A DNA stretch of 64,000 nt, filler included, from Jimgerdemannia flammicorona (Eukaryota): NCBI GenBank assembly GCA_003990765.1. It is 3 parts of 3 records of this genome, joined end to end, with 100 filler letters (N's around TTAATTAATTAA, not from the genome) between each part and the next. Parts side by side here need not be neighbours in the genome. Positions count along the whole stretch, not along the records: positions 1 to 21,511 come from RBNJ01001436.1; 2 more parts are not named here. One strand, given 5' to 3'. The translations under genes and the position numbers were made by a program. This document shows positions 9,666 to 21,611 of this stretch, piece by piece (the first letter of the stretch is position 1; each line of letters starts with the position of its first letter). The notes beneath the pieces are model-generated. The model was not told the DNA's origin. It saw only the letters and a program-made list of their open reading frames with translations, and ran no database searches.

Positions 9666-10984
9666 GTCTTGGGGTGTAGCAGGGCATACTGGGCAATGTC
9701 CTTGCTGAGTTCAGGCTGTCCTAGAGCTGAGGCTCTACTAGCAGAGAGCCTCCAGGCTCTAAGATTGAGGTGTGGCCATCTGGCTCCAGTAGAGGGATCT
9801 TGGAGATAGTTAATTCTCCTTCTTCCTGTAGGGTCAAGGGATTCCATGAAGTTGGTGGCATCTTCTGCCCATCCTTGACAAGTTGCATGTCTAATGAGAG
9901 CTAGGATGTCTTCATCTAAATCATAGATCTTGAGGGTCCTTCTTTCTGGCTTTTTGGTCTGCCTTTTTTGGATCTGACTTTGGTTATCTCCTCTCTTCAG
10001 AGTGTGGACTGCAACATCAAGGCTGAGGTAAATCTTCTGATGCCTGCAGTCTTGGCAGTCTGGGTGTCTTCCATGGTTGCAATATCCCATTGCTCGGAAA
10101 TGGTATTCCTGGCTGTTGATCTCTTGTTGTCTTGGGAATCAGTATCCATCTTGATCATAAGTTGGGAGAAGGGTAGACAAAGGATATATTTCTGTTTGGG
10201 TGAAGAAGTCTTGTCCTCTAAATTGACTTTGTAACCTTATGGTGATCTCTTGGAAGGTGATTGACTGTATAAGTGTAGTTGGGGGTTCTGGTCTCTGGGG
10301 TCTCTGTCTTTCTTGTTAATCCAACAGATGACACTGATAGCAGTAGTCTTGGAGAGAGTGGAAGATCATTTGGTGTGAGCACCTTCTAAGCCAAAAAGCT
10401 TTCTCCTGGTGAGTTTCTTTCTTGGAGATAATAGTGATTGTACTGGGTCCTTCTTCTGTATTCCAAGGATCATTGTCTTCAGGTGGTGTCCAGCAAGGGT
10501 CATCCCAGGGAATGAGTTCAGAGACCTCTTCTTCCTCAGATACTTCTTGCTCAGGAACTTCTTGGTCAGAGGTTTCTTTTTCCTCAGATGATTCTTGACC
10601 CCAAATTGCTTGTACTTCTGCTGCTTTGGTTGCAGGTATTTCTGGAACATGTCTGTATTTCTTTTTCCTCCTTCTGCATTCTGGGCAGGCTGTGCCAGGC
10701 GATTTCCTTGTTCCCATGATCTTGGAGGAGTGCTCAGGGCACTTGTGTCTCTTAAGGCAGATAGGGCATCCTTTGGCCTCTCCTAAAATGGCTCCAATAG
10801 TGATGGGGATGGTGTTCTTAGCCTATACATTGTCTTCTGGTCTGTCATCCACCAGGTTAATTCGGAGATTGAGTCTGGGATCATTTCCATCTTCAGATTC
10901 TTCCTCTTCTTCTGTGGTAGATTCCTCACTGCTGACATATTCTTCCTGAATAGTGACCTTCTTCTTCTTCTTTGATTGCTCATA

Positions 10985-11370
10985 GCTGGTCACCTTAACT
11001 CTATACTTCTTGCCTCAGTAATCAAACTTGAGTACTTGTTGGCCAATATCGACAACTGCATTCATTTCCTTCATCCAGTTGGTGCTAAGAATCATATCAT
11101 AGATGATAGCTTCAGTGACAACAGCTTTGGAGATGGAGAACTGGATGTGTCCAAGAGAGATGGTGATATTTCATACTTCTCCAAGGGGTTGAGTTTGTGC
11201 TCCATCTGCTACTATGATGCTGAGGTTGGATGGTCCATCAATGGGCCATTGAAGAGTGTCTAGGAACTATTTGGCAATGACACAGACAGCAGCTCCTGTA
11301 TCTATGAGGATTTTCGCCTTTTGTCCTCCAATATCTCTATGTAGGTAGGTGCTGACATATCGTTCGACTG
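10985..11370 (-). pseudogene. Aspartic protease of element B
   Basis: Minus strand KAKILIDTGAAVCVIA (D-T-G active site) ... ILSTNWM. Confidence 0.8.
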
Positions 11371-11499
11371 CCTGAACAGGGATGGGAACTGGTTCTTGCT
11401 GTGGGATTAGGACTTGGTCAGTGCTAGACCTGGTGGTTCTCAGCAATTTGTTTCAGACTCTGGCTGGTGTCAGCTGCAGGAACTGTAGGAGGGAGACTT

Positions 11500-13380
11500 C
11501 CATCTTGGCCTCTTGAATCTTCTGCCAGGCTTCATTGTAAATATCTCTAGGCATGGTCTTTGGAGTATACTTCTTCTTGGGCTTTGGAGCAGCAGGTTCC
11601 CATTCTTCTTGTTCCATTTCTTCATCTTCTGGTGGCAGCTCATTTGTCTCAGGTACAAAAGGTGAAGGGGTTTGGGGAGGTGTTTCTACTTGTTCCTCCT
11701 CATGTTCTTCATCCTCTTCTTGGATAATTCTTCTGCTGATGTTTCTGGATGGTCTTCCTACAGGTCTCTTTCTTTTTTCTGCCAGATAGACTGTTTTCTG
11801 GGTTGTAACCTTAGTGGGGTATAAGTCTAGGTCACTGTAGTCTTCACTGTTGCTTGCTTCTTCGAAATCTTCAACAGGATGGGCTTCAGTCTTCTTGTAC
11901 TGAGTGTCATTCCTTCAGTTTGGTGGTTCTGAGTCCCTTCAATCACTTCTTTTGTTGTCACATTCAGTGGCATAGTGTCCAAATTATCTACAGTAGAAGC
12001 ATTGAATTTGGGCTCTGTCTTGGACAGAGTATCTTCTTTCCTCTTGCTGGTAATTCCTGTTATCTCTTGGTGGATAACCTTGGCTCCTCTGTGGTGGGTA
12101 TCCTCTATTGTCTTGGTAGTCCCAATTTTCACATGTGGTGAATTTTTCAATCTGTCTAACCAATCGGTCTAACTTGGAGCTAAGGTCTTGGATTTCACTT
12201 CTGTCCTTCTTTCCTTCCTTGGCTGGCCTTCTTTCCTTGGACCTTTCTTGTCCTTGAAGGAGTCCTAGTAGGGCTTTGACCAGGATATCTTCTTTATCTT
12301 CCTTCTTGTCATGATCACTCCAGGTCATTCCTTGTCTAATATCAAAGAATTCTTGGGCTGCATCTTCTTGCTCTTCAGACCTTCTGATGCCTAGGGTGCA
12401 GATATGCTGGGCAATATTTGGGGGAATTCCATTCATGAAGGTCATTGGACCTATGATGTCTTGGTTGGTGGCATTGAATCCAGCAGAATGCATTCTCTTC
12501 TGGATTCTTATGAAGAAGGCTCTGGGTGATTCTCCAAGATTCATCTTCATTCCCATGATGGATTCCTGAGCCTTGTAGTGGGTTTCATTTCCTGCATACT
12601 TTTTAATGAGCCAGTGGACCATGGCCTCATATTCTAGCTCATCAGACATTGCTGCTTGTATCTGTCTTGCTAATTCTGAATCTTGGTTGTTTGCTATTCA
12701 ATGGAAAATTCCTCTGGCTGGTTCTCTGAGCTGGGCTTTGTAGATGGTGATTTTTCTTTCATCTGAGAGATTTCTCAAGGCTGCAATTCCTTCAATTCTG
12801 TTAAGAAATTCTCTTGGGTCTTCCTCCAGGTATCCTGCAAAGGTTGGCAATGAGGTGGCCATTTTGTCATCACTTTCTTCTGATTCTGGTTTAATTTCGG
12901 ATTCTGATTCTAATTCACTTTCTGAACTGTCACTAGAGATGAGGGTGCTTGGGTATCTTGAGGATGGTGTCCTAGACATTGGGCAAAGTGGAATGGGTCT
13001 GGGTATTCTTGTAGGAGCTACTTCTGGCTCTGCAAGGGGTTGTGGTAAAGGTTCTATTGGTGAAATTGGTGGGGCTGATCTGGGGCATCTGGCTGTAAGG
13101 TCTCAGGTTTGTGTAATAAGGTCTTCTAGTTCTTGTGCAAGTTCTCTGAAATCTCTAGCAGAGCTGCCTGTATTGTCTGGTTGGTCTGGTTGGGGGTTCC
13201 GAGCTGTACTGCCTTCTGGTTCTAGTTGAGATCCTTCTGATGCTGGGTAATTGGCAAGTCTTGAAGTGATTACTTCTCTTCCTGTCCAAATGCTGGTGAT
13301 AACTGGTTCTCTTGTAGTAGCAGAGATTGGTGTTGTATCAAATGTATCCAGTTTGACTGTGGGTTCTTGTGAGCTAAAAA
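11500..13380 (-). pseudogene. gag: Gag of element B (Pro/acidic leader, capsid-like domain, zinc knuckle), with premature stops
   Basis: ORF pieces 12698-12979 and 11984-12649 (ESPRAFFIRIQ, TFMNGIPPNIAQ); degenerate knuckle CFYCR*FGHYATEC. Confidence 0.82.
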
Positions 13381-13408
13381 GTCATGTTGATTTTTTAAAA
13401 AAAATCTT

Positions 13409-13424
13409 CTCAGTTGAGCCCCCA
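13409..13424 (-). promoter_or_regulatory. Primer-binding site of element B, tRNA-Pro-like
   Basis: TGGGGGCTCAACTGAG 2 nt after the LTR end at 13427. Confidence 0.8.
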
Positions 13425-14142
13425 AATGTAATATGCCTGGCTCAATGGAGGCAAATTACAAGGTTGGGGGTTGATATAGTTTGGCTTGAGCCCTCAGTTA
13501 CTTTGTCAAAAAGCAACAAAATGTTCTAAGATTCCTGAGGTCCTTGGTGTTTAGTGGTATAATAGTCAAGCTGGATATCTGCGAGTGGTTTCCTTATTGA
13601 AATGGTTCTCTAGATATAGCAGTGATTTGTGTCTTTTCTTCTTGGATCAACTGGGAATAGAAGAATTTGTGTGTAGCACAAGCAGTTTCCTTCTTGGGTA
13701 GTGGTTGATTTCTTTGTATAGCATGATGATCTCTTTGTGTATGATGGTCTGGCAATTTAGCAGTTCTTCTTATGTGATTTCTGTATGATGATCTTGTATA
13801 GCACAATGATCTCCAGAAGTATGTGATTTCTGGTGGATAGCTTGATTTGGTGGGGCTTCCGATCCTTTCACCAGTAACATTCAGGTGATACAAGAACTCA
13901 GGCAACACTTTTTACTATGTTTTTAGTATCAAGCGACTATCAACATGGATGGCAACGATCGAACTGGTGAGTGTACTGGCCAGGGGGGTGCTGGTGCCTT
14001 TGGCTGGTAGCAAGTGGGGAGGAGGAGAGATGGTTTGGAGATGCTGGGAGCCTCAATGGCTAGCTAAGGTCCTGGTGGTGGGGGGAGGGGTGGGCTGAGG
14101 CAGAGAGGTGGGGAGAGGTCAACCTTTGCTGACAAGGTCAGA

Positions 14143-15856
14143 ATGGGGAAGATGGCCTCAGGCCTTGACGATTGGCTGGGCCTGGGGAAGGCATCGACAG
14201 CAGCTGCTGAGGGACAGGGAGGTGTATCTAGGAGAGTCTCAGGTAGCAGGGGAGGAGTGGGAGTCGGGGCTAGAGATGGCATTATAACTGCTAATGGGGC
14301 TATGACTGGGGATCTGGCAAAAAATCCAGATGTGACGGCAGTTGGCAATTCAGGACTGGGAGTGGGCATGAGGCCCAGGGATCTGGCAGATGGAATGATG
14401 GGCATTGTGTCAGCCCCATTACTCAAGAAGTCGAGGTCAGAATTTGCAGTCACTATGTATTTCTGGGGCTTAGCAGTGACAGCGAGGATAATTCTGGGGC
14501 TGGTGGTGCAGGAGGCTAAAGAAGCAGCATCGGTGAAGTTTTTGAGGGGAAAGGAAGGGGTTGAGGTGGGGTTTAAGGAGGAGGATGCCTTGTTGGCAGC
14601 CATGGAGAAGGGGGCGACAGTTGACAGGGTTGTGGTCCCTATGGTCTGGTGCATGTGCTGGAATCCCCAAGTGATACAGTTGACAGTGTTGGATCTCCCT
14701 ACCATGTTGAAGGAGAGGACCAGGGAGTTGGTGGTGGAGGCGATCAAGGAGTATGGCAAGATTGTGGATGTTGGGTTCAAGGTCTGGGAGAGCATGGAGC
14801 TTAGGACTGGTGATATCGATGTCAGGGTGAGGCTGGCTGGGAAGGAGAATACAGGGAAGTTGAGGGACTGGCCAGCAATGCTGAGGTGGAGACAAGTGGA
14901 GTGTAAGGTCACAAGGGTGAAGGGGATCCAGGAGGAGGAAGAGGACCTGTTGGAGGCTCTGGAGGATCTGGAAGGGGTGGTTGCAAGGAGGAGATTGGTC
15001 TGGAAGGAGTTTGAGGCCAGGATGGTGGTGGGGGAGGCAGATGGGAAGCGGGTCTAGATAGAGAAGGGGGCTTGGGAAAAGATACAGGGAAGGAAAATCC
15101 AGAAGGAGCTGCTGGTGAGATTGGGTGGGGGTAGGGCTGGTGGAAGCTCAGGGGAGGGAGTTGCAGAGTTGTAGGAGAGCACCTGGGCTGAGAGGGGAGA
15201 AATGGCCCAGAGTGGGGCTCAGATTGGAGTGGGGGAAGAGAGGGAAGGCAATTTGGAGGCCAATGCTGAAATGGGTGAGGGTGTGCACCCTCAGTATAGT
15301 GTCCTGGGTGGAGCTGAGGGGGAGGAGGAGTTGCTGGATGTGCTGAATGAGGAGTGGGATGAGTCAGTGAGAAGGAGCACACTGATGGACCCCGAGGTGG
15401 ATGGGGGATAGTGCAGCAGAGGCAGTGGATGAGGAGAAGTGGATGTGGAAGACCTTGGAAGGGGTAGTGGCTGAAGAGCTAGGGGGTGAGGATTTCTGGG
15501 TGATGGAAGAGAGGCATTGGGAGGAGATCCTATGGGGGGAGGAGATGCCAAGGAAGATGAGGAATGAGATCCTGGCTGTTCTCCTGGAGTTGGTTGAATA
15601 TCAAGTTGATGATCAGTGGGAGAAGGAGCTTCAGAAGATTGTAAGTGACAGAGCACTTTTCTTATGGAATTTGAGGAAGAGACTGGAGAAGTGGTGCACA
15701 GTCTGCTTGGACTACTGGTCAGATATGAAGGTCATGGACAGGGTGGAATGTCAGGAAATCTTGGAGGCACTGGATGCTCAGGCTAATGTGGAGGGTGACT
15801 TGGAAGCTGAATGGTGCTTGGATCTGGCTGGGGATAAGATGAGCATGGAATACTAG
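14143..15856 (+). pseudogene. LINE ORF1 (copy 1), stops and frameshift
   Basis: Pieces 14143-15057, 15202-15411 and 15401-15856 match the intact 572-aa ORF1 at 25264-26982. Confidence 0.88.
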
Positions 15857-15887
15857 GTTGGGGTCGACATTGCAACATTTTTTCAAT

Positions 15888-18800
15888 ATGAACAGTATAA
15901 CTAGGATATTCTCATTGAATGTTAATGGGTTACAGGGGGCAGCTAGGAGGAAGTATATATTTGAATGGCTTAAGGGACTGGATGTGGACCTCTTCTTGTT
16001 ACAGGATGTTCCATATGAGGCAGATGTGGACTTACAGGATTGAACCAAGGAATGGGGGGGCATGGCAGTATGGAGGGGGAAAGTGTGCATTCTCATTCGG
16101 AAAGGGATGGGGGACATTGAGGACATTGGACATTGGGGGTCTCGGGTGGTGTGGGGAATGTAGAAGAGATCTGGATGGGGCTTGTTGATGGTTGGATCTT
16201 GTTACTGCCCAGCTGAGAGAGGGGAGAGGGTGGATTGGATTTGCAGATTGAAAGAGTCTGGTGTGTTGGGAGAAGTTGGCTTAGACTGTATGGGGGGTAA
16301 CTTCAACATAGTATGAGATAAGGAGATGGATAGAACAGATGGCAGGAGAGGTGTGCGAGGCAAAAGTGGTGGGCTGGGTAACTGGTTGGAGACAGAGAGG
16401 TTGTGTTCTTTAGTGGACTCAGGAAGGCATTTTTGGGCCGATCAGCAGGTGTACACCCACTGGGCAGCAGGGCTGGGCTCCTGGATTGACTGGGTTCTGA
16501 CAGTGGAGTATTGGGGAGCAGATGTCTAGTTGGTGCTGGAAGTAGTATGGTGTCCGTGGTCTGATCACTAGGGGCTGCTTGGAGGGGGAAGGTTTGGGGG
16601 AAATGAGGATGGGTCTGAACATTGGTGGCTAAATTCTTCCTTGCTGGAGGATAGGGTATTGTGGGAGGGTTGGGAATTGGAGGTGGTTGGAAATATCGGT
16701 AGGTGGCAGGAACAAGGTCTGGGGATTGGAGACTGCTGGAGAAGACTGAAGGCGACTGCTCAGGGGTATTGGAGGGAAGTGGAGAAAGGAAAGTGTACCC
16801 AGTGAAGGCAGAGGGTGCTGTGGGCCTCATGGCATCTGGCAGCACTTATGGAGAGATGGGCAGGTGTGCTGGAGGATGGGGATGTAACTGATTGGCATAT
16901 TGTGAGAATCTGACAGAAGGTAGAAGAGCTTAAAGAAGTATTATAAAGGGAGGAGGAGGTGAAGTTGCAGGGAATGGTGGCCCACCTGTGGTAGCAGGGG
17001 CTGGAGGAAGGGGAGAGGCCTACTAGGTTTTTATCTTAGATGTTACAAGCACAATGAATGAAGCAGCGGTGGGAGGGGATTCTGGACATGAATGGTGAGC
17101 TGGTGGTGGGGTCTCCAGCCATTCTGGGCCTCTTGAGAACTCAGTGGGAGAATCTATGGAGTGAGGAGGAAGGAGGAATGAATGCTCTAGACATTGAATG
17201 GCAGCTGGGGGATTGGTACCCAGACCCTGTGATGGGACTTGGGGCATTGGGGGACCCAGTGAGTAGTGAGGAAATTTGTAGAGTTGTGGCCTCGATGAGT
17301 AAGAGGACAGCCCCGGGAGAGGATGGACTTCCCTGGGATTTTTGGCAGAAGATGGCTGGAGTGGGTGAGGTGCTAGAGGAAATGACTGCTATGTGTGATG
17401 GAGTTCTTCGGTCTGATGCCTGAATTGGGGGACAGTACTTAGGGCTAGTCTCCTTGCTCTACAAGAATAAGGGAAGGTGCGAAGACTGGAAGAACTGGCA
17501 GCCAATTATGCTTCTTGACATGGACCACAAACTGGTGACAAAGATCTTGGTGATGAGGCTGCAAGAAATTGCTCAGCAGGTGCTTGGTGTGGAGCAGTGT
17601 GGGTTTGTCAGTGGTCAGTTGATTCGAGATGGGACAGCTTGGGTTCATGGAGTGATTGAAGGCACCCAGACAACAGGGGTAGATGGCAGATTGGTATTTC
17701 TGGACCAGGAGAAGGCTTATGATAGAGTGTGGAGGATATGGCTGGAGGGAGTGCTGAAACAGATTGGTATCCCCCCAGGGTTCCGAGGATCATTGATCAG
17801 CCTCTTGGAGGACAGTTAGGCAGCATTGGTCATTAATGGCCACAGGGGGGTGACCTTTCTCCTGAGATGTGGGGTACCACAAGGGGACCCCTTGTCACCC
17901 ATATTGTATGCCCTTTCCCTGGAGCCTTTACTGGACAGAATTCGGCATCAGATTGGGGGTTTGGATATTTAAGGGGTTAATTGGAAGGTGGGGGCCATTG
18001 CTGATAATATGGTGGTCGGGCTGGGCTCCTTGGTAGATGTGGGGGAGTTACAGAGGTCTGTGGAATGGTATGAGAGGGGTTCTGGTGCTAAACTGAACTG
18101 ATACAAATGTGAGACTCTGGTGCTGGGCACTGGAATTGTTGGTGGTGATGTCATTGGGACAGTGGTACCGGCTGGAGAACCAGTGTGTTATTTGGGGATC
18201 TACTTCTTGGTGTTCAGATCTCTTCTTCCCCAGGTATGGTGGGACCATAAACTTCTGGAGTGGAGAAATGTTCTGCTGCAATGGGGAGGCCGGCATATGT
18301 CCCTAGCCGGAAGGGTGATAGTGCTGAATGTGTATTGGATGCCAAAGCTGTGGTATGTGGGATATCATTTGGATTTCCCAACCTGGGTGGTCAAGGGGCT
18401 GTTGAAGATGGTGAGGTTATGGATCTGGAGAGGGTGGTGAAGCTAGGTTGGTTGGGAGGTGCTCACACTGCCCTTGGAAAGAGGTGGGCTGGGCTTAGTG
18501 GACTTTACTAAGTGGCTTCTATGTCTGAGAGCTTGGTGGTTGTGAAGGGCAAGCAAGCTTTGGGGTCAGGAGTGGGTGCCACTCATACAGAGGTTGTGGG
18601 AGGTTCAGTACTCCCCACGTGGTGACTCAGGTGACCTGCTTGCGATGGTGGCCATAGAGGGGAGTAGGAGGATACAGTTTATGGGCTTCTGGTGGGGGGT
18701 GGTGGATGGTGCTAAGAAGATTGGACTTCGGTGGTGAGGTGATGAAGCTGAGGAGGATTGGGGACCACAGATGTGGTGGTGGGACAGATTGCTACTGGGT

Positions 18801-19549
18801 GGTGTTCCAGTAGAGGACTTTCAGCTTGGCAAGGTCTGGAGTGTCTGTGAGGCCTAGGCGGAGACCTGTGGCCTGAAGCCTGGCAGAGGGTTGGAATTGG
18901 GGAGGGGTGGGATTGGAATAGACTCTGGCTTTAGAGCAAAAGGGTGAGGCAGTGGCTGCCCCCCAAGTTCTGGGTGGTATGGTGGCATGTCCTATGGCAG
19001 AATGTGATATTGAACTATCAGTCTGAGCACTTGGTGGCTGGTGGAGTATTCAAGTGCAAGGATTGTTTCAATGTTGGTTAGGAGGGAGGAGTGGTACAAA
19101 TGCCTGAACATTGGCTTAGTGAGTGTGAGGTTTTGGAGGAGTTTTGGAGATATATTATGAACCGAGTAGGGCTGTGTGCCTTGGAGAGAGAGGGAGGGGA
19201 GAGGTGGGGAGAGCTCTGCCGGCAACTGGTGGGTGGAGTTGGGGACAAATAGCTGACCCTTGGTTGGACTTTGGCTATGTGGGTTGGGTTGGCTGGGCAT
19301 TGGATTCATGTCTTTGAGGAAGGGCATTGGGTTGGGGTTGGGGACAAGGTGGTACATTGGGAATGGTTGCTTTTGGACATTTTGAATAGTTGGTGGTGGG
19401 GTTGGGGGCTGGGTGGGGGAAACTGCAGGGGTTTGGTGCAGTGTATCTCACAGAAGAGTGGTGGAAGGATTTGGGTAGTGGGTAATTGGGTAGTGCTTGG
19501 GCAGGAGGAGGTCGAGGGGGGAGGACTGGGCCCATGGGGCATTGGTTGA
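15888..19549 (+). pseudogene. LINE ORF2 (APE endonuclease - RT - C-terminal zinc motif), disrupted
   Basis: SLNVNGL, LQD, TAPGEDGLP, WQPIMLL, LDQEKAYDRV, GVPQGDPLSP, ADN(M), YLGI. Confidence 0.9.
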
Positions 19550-21120
19550 GGGTGGGAGTGACATTGTATTGTTAGTACTATAGACTTTGGTAATAAAGGG
19601 CAGTCCAAGAGGACTCTAGGAAAAAAAAAAAAAAAAGATTTGGTGGGGCTTCTCCTAAATCAGCAAGGTTCTCGAATATCACTGGGAATTGTACTAATGG
19701 CAGATAACTCGATAACTCGGGCTCACTGGGAACAATAGCTCGGGTGGTGCAGGTTCTCTGGGAATGTGGATAACTCGAAAGATGGCAGATAACATAGATT
19801 CTCCTAAATCATCAGACTTCTTGAAAACAGCGGTTTCAACTAGGAATTAACTCGGATTCTTAGAAAGGGTCTCTTGGCAAAGTTGCATCAAAGACTGGCT
19901 TTGTTTGCATGGAGTTACATCATTAGACTGGCTCTACTGCAAAGTTGCATCAAATAGACTGGCTTCTGGCAAGTTCCTTATAGTGGGCTCTCTGGGAATA
20001 TGGATAACTTGGAAATGGCAGCTTATTCCTTAAGTGGCAGATTTCTCTTCAAAAGGTGATGAAGTTCTTCCTCAAACTTAGGCAGTAAACTTGAATTCTT
20101 CAGACTTATCTGGCAACCATACCAATCATCTTTGTATTGAAAAGTGGACCAGAGTAGGAATAAGGGGACCAATTGCTCAATCTTTAGAGGCTTCTTTGGT
20201 TTGCACTTCAATTCGAACTGAGGTTTATTCACTCTTATCTCTGGGGTAATTTATACAAGTTGGTTGCTATCTGGTTACTATGTGGCTAACTATAGATTTG
20301 CTACTTATGGCAAGTTGTGCAGGTTTGGTACAGGTGTATAGGTTCTGTACAAGTGTACAGGTCCTGTACAGGTGTGTAGATCCTGTACAAATATACCTTA
20401 TCTGATAGGTTGGCTATTTATATAATTTCTGCAGTAATGGTTACTGGTTTCTATACTGTGTATTTACATCATCTGGCTAATTATTTGCATCATTCAACTA
20501 AGATATAATTTGGGTGGTATGTCTCAGTTCATCACAATATCTATGAGCTTAAGGTTACAACTAAGATAAAAAAGAAAGACTTACTATCTGGTTAGTATTT
20601 TGAGAGAAGTCTTAAAATAAAACAGATTTTAATGGTTATTTATATTTATATATATAAATTTGTCAACTGAAAATTTTAAGTACAGATTTTGGCCATTATG
20701 ATAGATAATACTATAAATAATATATTATTTTTTTCACATTTTAGTAGTTAACCTTTAATAGAAAAATATAACCTTTAATATAAAAACCTACTATGTGTAT
20801 TATTAGACCTATATACTGAACCTTACTATATAGAATTATCTTATATATATAGATAAAATATCTGAAAGCAAAGGAAATCTGAGTATATTTCCAAGCTGCT
20901 TAAACTAGTTGTATTGGTCTAATTATCTCTACAATAATGAGACAAATTTGTTATATAATACAGAATAGTACTTTTAAACAAATTAAATTATTTTGAATCA
21001 AATTAAATTGAGACTCATTCAAATTGAATTAAATTGAAGATTATTTAAATTAAATCAAATTAGGGATTTTTCAATTTGAATAAGTTTAAACTAAATTGAA
21101 TTTGAATAAAATTGAGGGTC

Positions 21121-21293
21121 TGATTTAAACTCTATTTTTAGAAATATAATAACTTGATGAAAATATATCCAAATTTAACAATCTTTAACTTGTTAGATTC
21201 CCCTTATATAGAGAAATCCAAAATACTAATAATCATTAAATTTAGATGTGTTTTTGTCAAGTTATTATATTTCAAAAAACAGAGTTCAAATCA
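21121..21293. repeat. ~62-bp imperfect inverted repeat in an AT-rich tract (possible MITE/TIR remnant)
   Basis: 21121-21182 (TGATTTAAACTCTATTTTTAGAAATATAATAACTTGA...) is the near reverse complement of 21232-21293. Confidence 0.75.
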
Positions 21294-21511
21294 AATTTCA
21301 ACCTTTGTTGAAAGTACTAATATAGAGTAGTTAGTTTAGTTCTTAAAGAGCTGATATTAAATATTTATATATTGAAACTTGATATTTACAATGATATAGT
21401 ATATGCTGAAGTTTGCTATAGTATATACTCTTTTTTTGGTTAGCTGAAGCAAATTGTTTTAAATGACTAAGAATTATTAATTAATTTTAAAATTGAATTT
21501 TTTTTTTTTTA

Positions 21512-21611
21512 NNNNNNNNNNNNNNNNNNNNNNNNNNNNNNNNNNNNNNNNNNNNTTAATTAATTAANNNNNNNNNNNNNNNNNNNNNNNNNNNNNNNNN
21601 NNNNNNNNNNN
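21512..21611. other. Assembly gap with artificial linker
   Basis: N44-TTAATTAATTAA-N44; the linker has stops in all six frames. Confidence 0.97.

Larger units (their letters stand above)
13860..19636 (+). mobile_element. Full-length L1/Tx1-like LINE (copy 1), inactive
   Basis: 16-bp TSD GATTTGGTGGGGCTTC (13844-13859 / 19637-19652), poly(A) at 19621-19636, ORF1 and ORF2 with APE endonuclease, RT and CCHC motifs. Confidence 0.95.
4447..20536 (-). mobile_element. Element B: full-length degenerate Ty3/Gypsy element (gag-PR-spacer-dUTPase-RT-RH / IN) with a LINE inserted in its 5' LTR
   Basis: Paired LTRs 4447-5718 and 13427-20536, 4-bp target-site duplication ATAT (4443-4446 / 20537-20540), PBS, Gypsy domain order. 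Confidence 0.93.
13427..20536 (-). repeat. 5' LTR of element B, split by a LINE insertion
   Basis: 13427-13859 and 19637-20536 match the 3' LTR 4447-5718. Confidence 0.92.

Noticed and set aside
14064..14912. Long antisense ORFs over LINE ORF1 (also 26219-26887) and other antisense ORFs over pol regions
   Set aside because: Expected shadow frames of compositionally skewed coding strands; no motifs.
21556..21567. TTAATTAATTAA palindrome (also at 43165-43176)
   Set aside because: Centred in identical N runs: an artificial contig linker. ORFs ending in it (21556-22674, 42858-43172) have false termini.
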